64,000 nt of DNA from a virus. Taxonomy: Duplodnaviria; Heunggongvirae; Uroviricota; Caudoviricetes. Shown piece by piece: positions 63,104 to 64,000 of the stretch (position 1 is the stretch's first letter; the number at the start of each line of letters is the position of its first letter). The notes below the pieces were generated by a model that searched no databases, was not told where the DNA came from, and saw only the letters and a program-made list of their open reading frames with translations. Location of the stretch: the IMG/VR virus record IMGVR_UViG_3300035661_000047; one strand, given 5' to 3'. Position numbers and translations under genes: made by a program.

Positions 63104-64000
63104 TTACTCCATGTTCTCGCCGGGAATCAACTTTCGGTGCTGAATCCACCCGTGAAGGTTGCCAGACCACAGACGGCCTTGACGATCCATGTGGCTAATC
63201 CCACGCTCCCACGTATGCGGCATTGTAGGGATGTTCCAATCATCTTGATCGTCCGAGTCTCCAAACGTCGTTGGCATCATCGGAGTTGCCTGATGCTCCA
63301 GCGCAGATGCGTGCTTACGCTTGTCACCGACAAGTCGGGCATAGACTTCTTCACTCTTTTCGAGGCCGTAGTCCGTGTTTCTGAAGCTCACCGCCGCCGA
63401 ACGTGCAGATGATACATGAATTGCTTCACGCTCGTCAAGCGGAATCCAGAAACCTTCTTTTTCAGCTTCGATGAAGTAGTTAAGAGTTCCTGTGAGATTT
63501 CTCACAGCTTTGACATACGGAAGATGCCATTCGCCGTCTTCCAGCTCCAGAGGGACGCTCCCAGCCATTGCCAGCTTCATGCAGCGCGACAGCTCTGCAA
63601 TCGTCGGGTCCGCTGCATCGTCGTCTCGCAGCCAGAAGAAGTTACCGAACTCCGTGCCAGAAACAACAGTTTTCATCATCTGGAAAGGCTCAACAAGTCG
63701 ATTGTACACTTGCTTGTGGTATCCAGCCTCGTACATGCCTTTTGCGAACTCTACAGCGTGTTCCCGAGCTTCGCTCCAGATGTGCTCAGGGCTACCTTCA
63801 GCTCGCCAGAAGTCAGATTCTACTTCAATGTTGGCGTCGAAGTCAACACCCTTGTCTTGCATTCCAGGGTTTGCTTGCCCGAAGCGCACAGGGCGTGCAG
63901 TAAGCTGCTCGACCATCTTTAGGAATGGGATTGCTCGGCTGCTTGCAGAGTTTCGGGACAACATTCGGTGCGTGTTGAACTCTGCGAGGATCAGCCGTGG
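63104..64000 (-). CDS. thyX: flavin-dependent thymidylate synthase ThyX-like (gene continues beyond window end)
   Basis: Frame open to 64000; THRMLSRNSASSR resembles the ThyX RHR...S..R signature, and AAVSF...HASALEH resembles a ThyX segment; confidence moderate. Confidence 0.5.
   Translation of the reverse strand, partial: PRLILAEFNTHRMLSRNSASSRAIPFLKMVEQLTARPVRFGQANPGMQDKGVDFDANIEVESDFWRAEGSPEHIWSEAREHAVEFAKGMYEAGYHKQVYNRLVEPFQMMKTVVSGTEFGNFFWLRDDDAADPTIAELSRCMKLAMAGSVPLELEDGEWHLPYVKAVRNLTGTLNYFIEAEKEGFWIPLDEREAIHVSSARSAAVSFRNTDYGLEKSEEVYARLVGDKRKHASALEHQATPMMPTTFGDSDDQDDWNIPTMPHTWERGISHMDRQGRLWSGNLHGWIQHRKLIPGENME

Noticed and set aside
1-64000. Prophage boundaries, integrase, attachment sites, IS elements, CRISPR arrays
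   Set aside because: None seen: no tyrosine/serine recombinase-like ORF, no terminal inverted repeats with a transposase, no spacer-repeat arrays; the tRNA genes are phage-internal rather than integration targets

Overview
This 64 kb window looks like a contiguous slice of a virulent-type tailed dsDNA phage genome (lambda-like head/tail morphogenesis plus T7-like replication). I saw no integrase, insertion sequence or CRISPR array. The window runs in five blocks. (1) 1-4100, minus strand: a leftward early operon with a partial OB-fold tRNA-binding/RNA-ligase-like gene, small ORFs, a secreted beta-barrel-like protein, a ClpP-like (S14) peptidase translationally coupled to a PhoH-like ATPase, and two small ORFs. 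(2) 4200-4500: a divergent control region with consensus sigma70 promoters in both directions flanking direct repeats of TTGTCTAAGT. (3) 4900-6320, plus strand: a promoter-driven tRNA array of at least 10 canonical tRNAs (Ala, Thr, Leu, Met, Val, Glu, Asn, Phe, Trp, Pro) plus degenerate or tRNA-like elements. (4) 6443-35939, plus strand: the late morphogenesis and lysis operon. It runs TerL, portal, S49/ClpP-like prohead protease, scaffold, gpD-like decoration protein, major capsid protein and terminator, then connector genes including a small collagen-like protein and a 491-aa propeller-like protein, an internal promoter, major tail protein and terminator, G/G-T tail chaperone with an AAATTTT -1 slippery site, a 1732-aa tape measure, distal tail protein, a 2245-aa collagen-repeat tail fibre, a fibre chaperone, a secreted HNH-like Cys-rich protein, a second tail fibre, holin, GH19 endolysin and a membrane protein, ending at a strong terminator at 36000-36034. 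(5) 36033-64000, minus strand, convergent: the replication and nucleotide-metabolism module. It runs glutaredoxin, NrdB and NrdA, HTH-metallophosphoesterase, HNH endonuclease, T7 gp6-like 5'-3' exonuclease, AP2-domain protein, gp2.5-like SSB, dNMP kinase, a NAMPT-like plus PRPP-synthetase-like pair (candidate NAD+ reconstitution anti-defence module), a minus-strand tRNA-Arg-like gene, family A DNA polymerase, HD-domain hydrolase, UvrD-like helicase, Q/P-rich lipoprotein, gp4-like primase-helicase, a frameshift-split SPFH lipoprotein and a partial ThyX. Most notable beyond standard annotation: the NAMPT/Prs-like pair; the early PhoH plus ClpP-like coupled pair next to the tRNA/RNA-repair-like genes; the CTAAGT/ACTTAG repeat clusters at two module boundaries; a family of near-identical promoters sharing CGTGCTACAAT; and a 13-nt homopolymer inside a uORF ahead of the polymerase gene.
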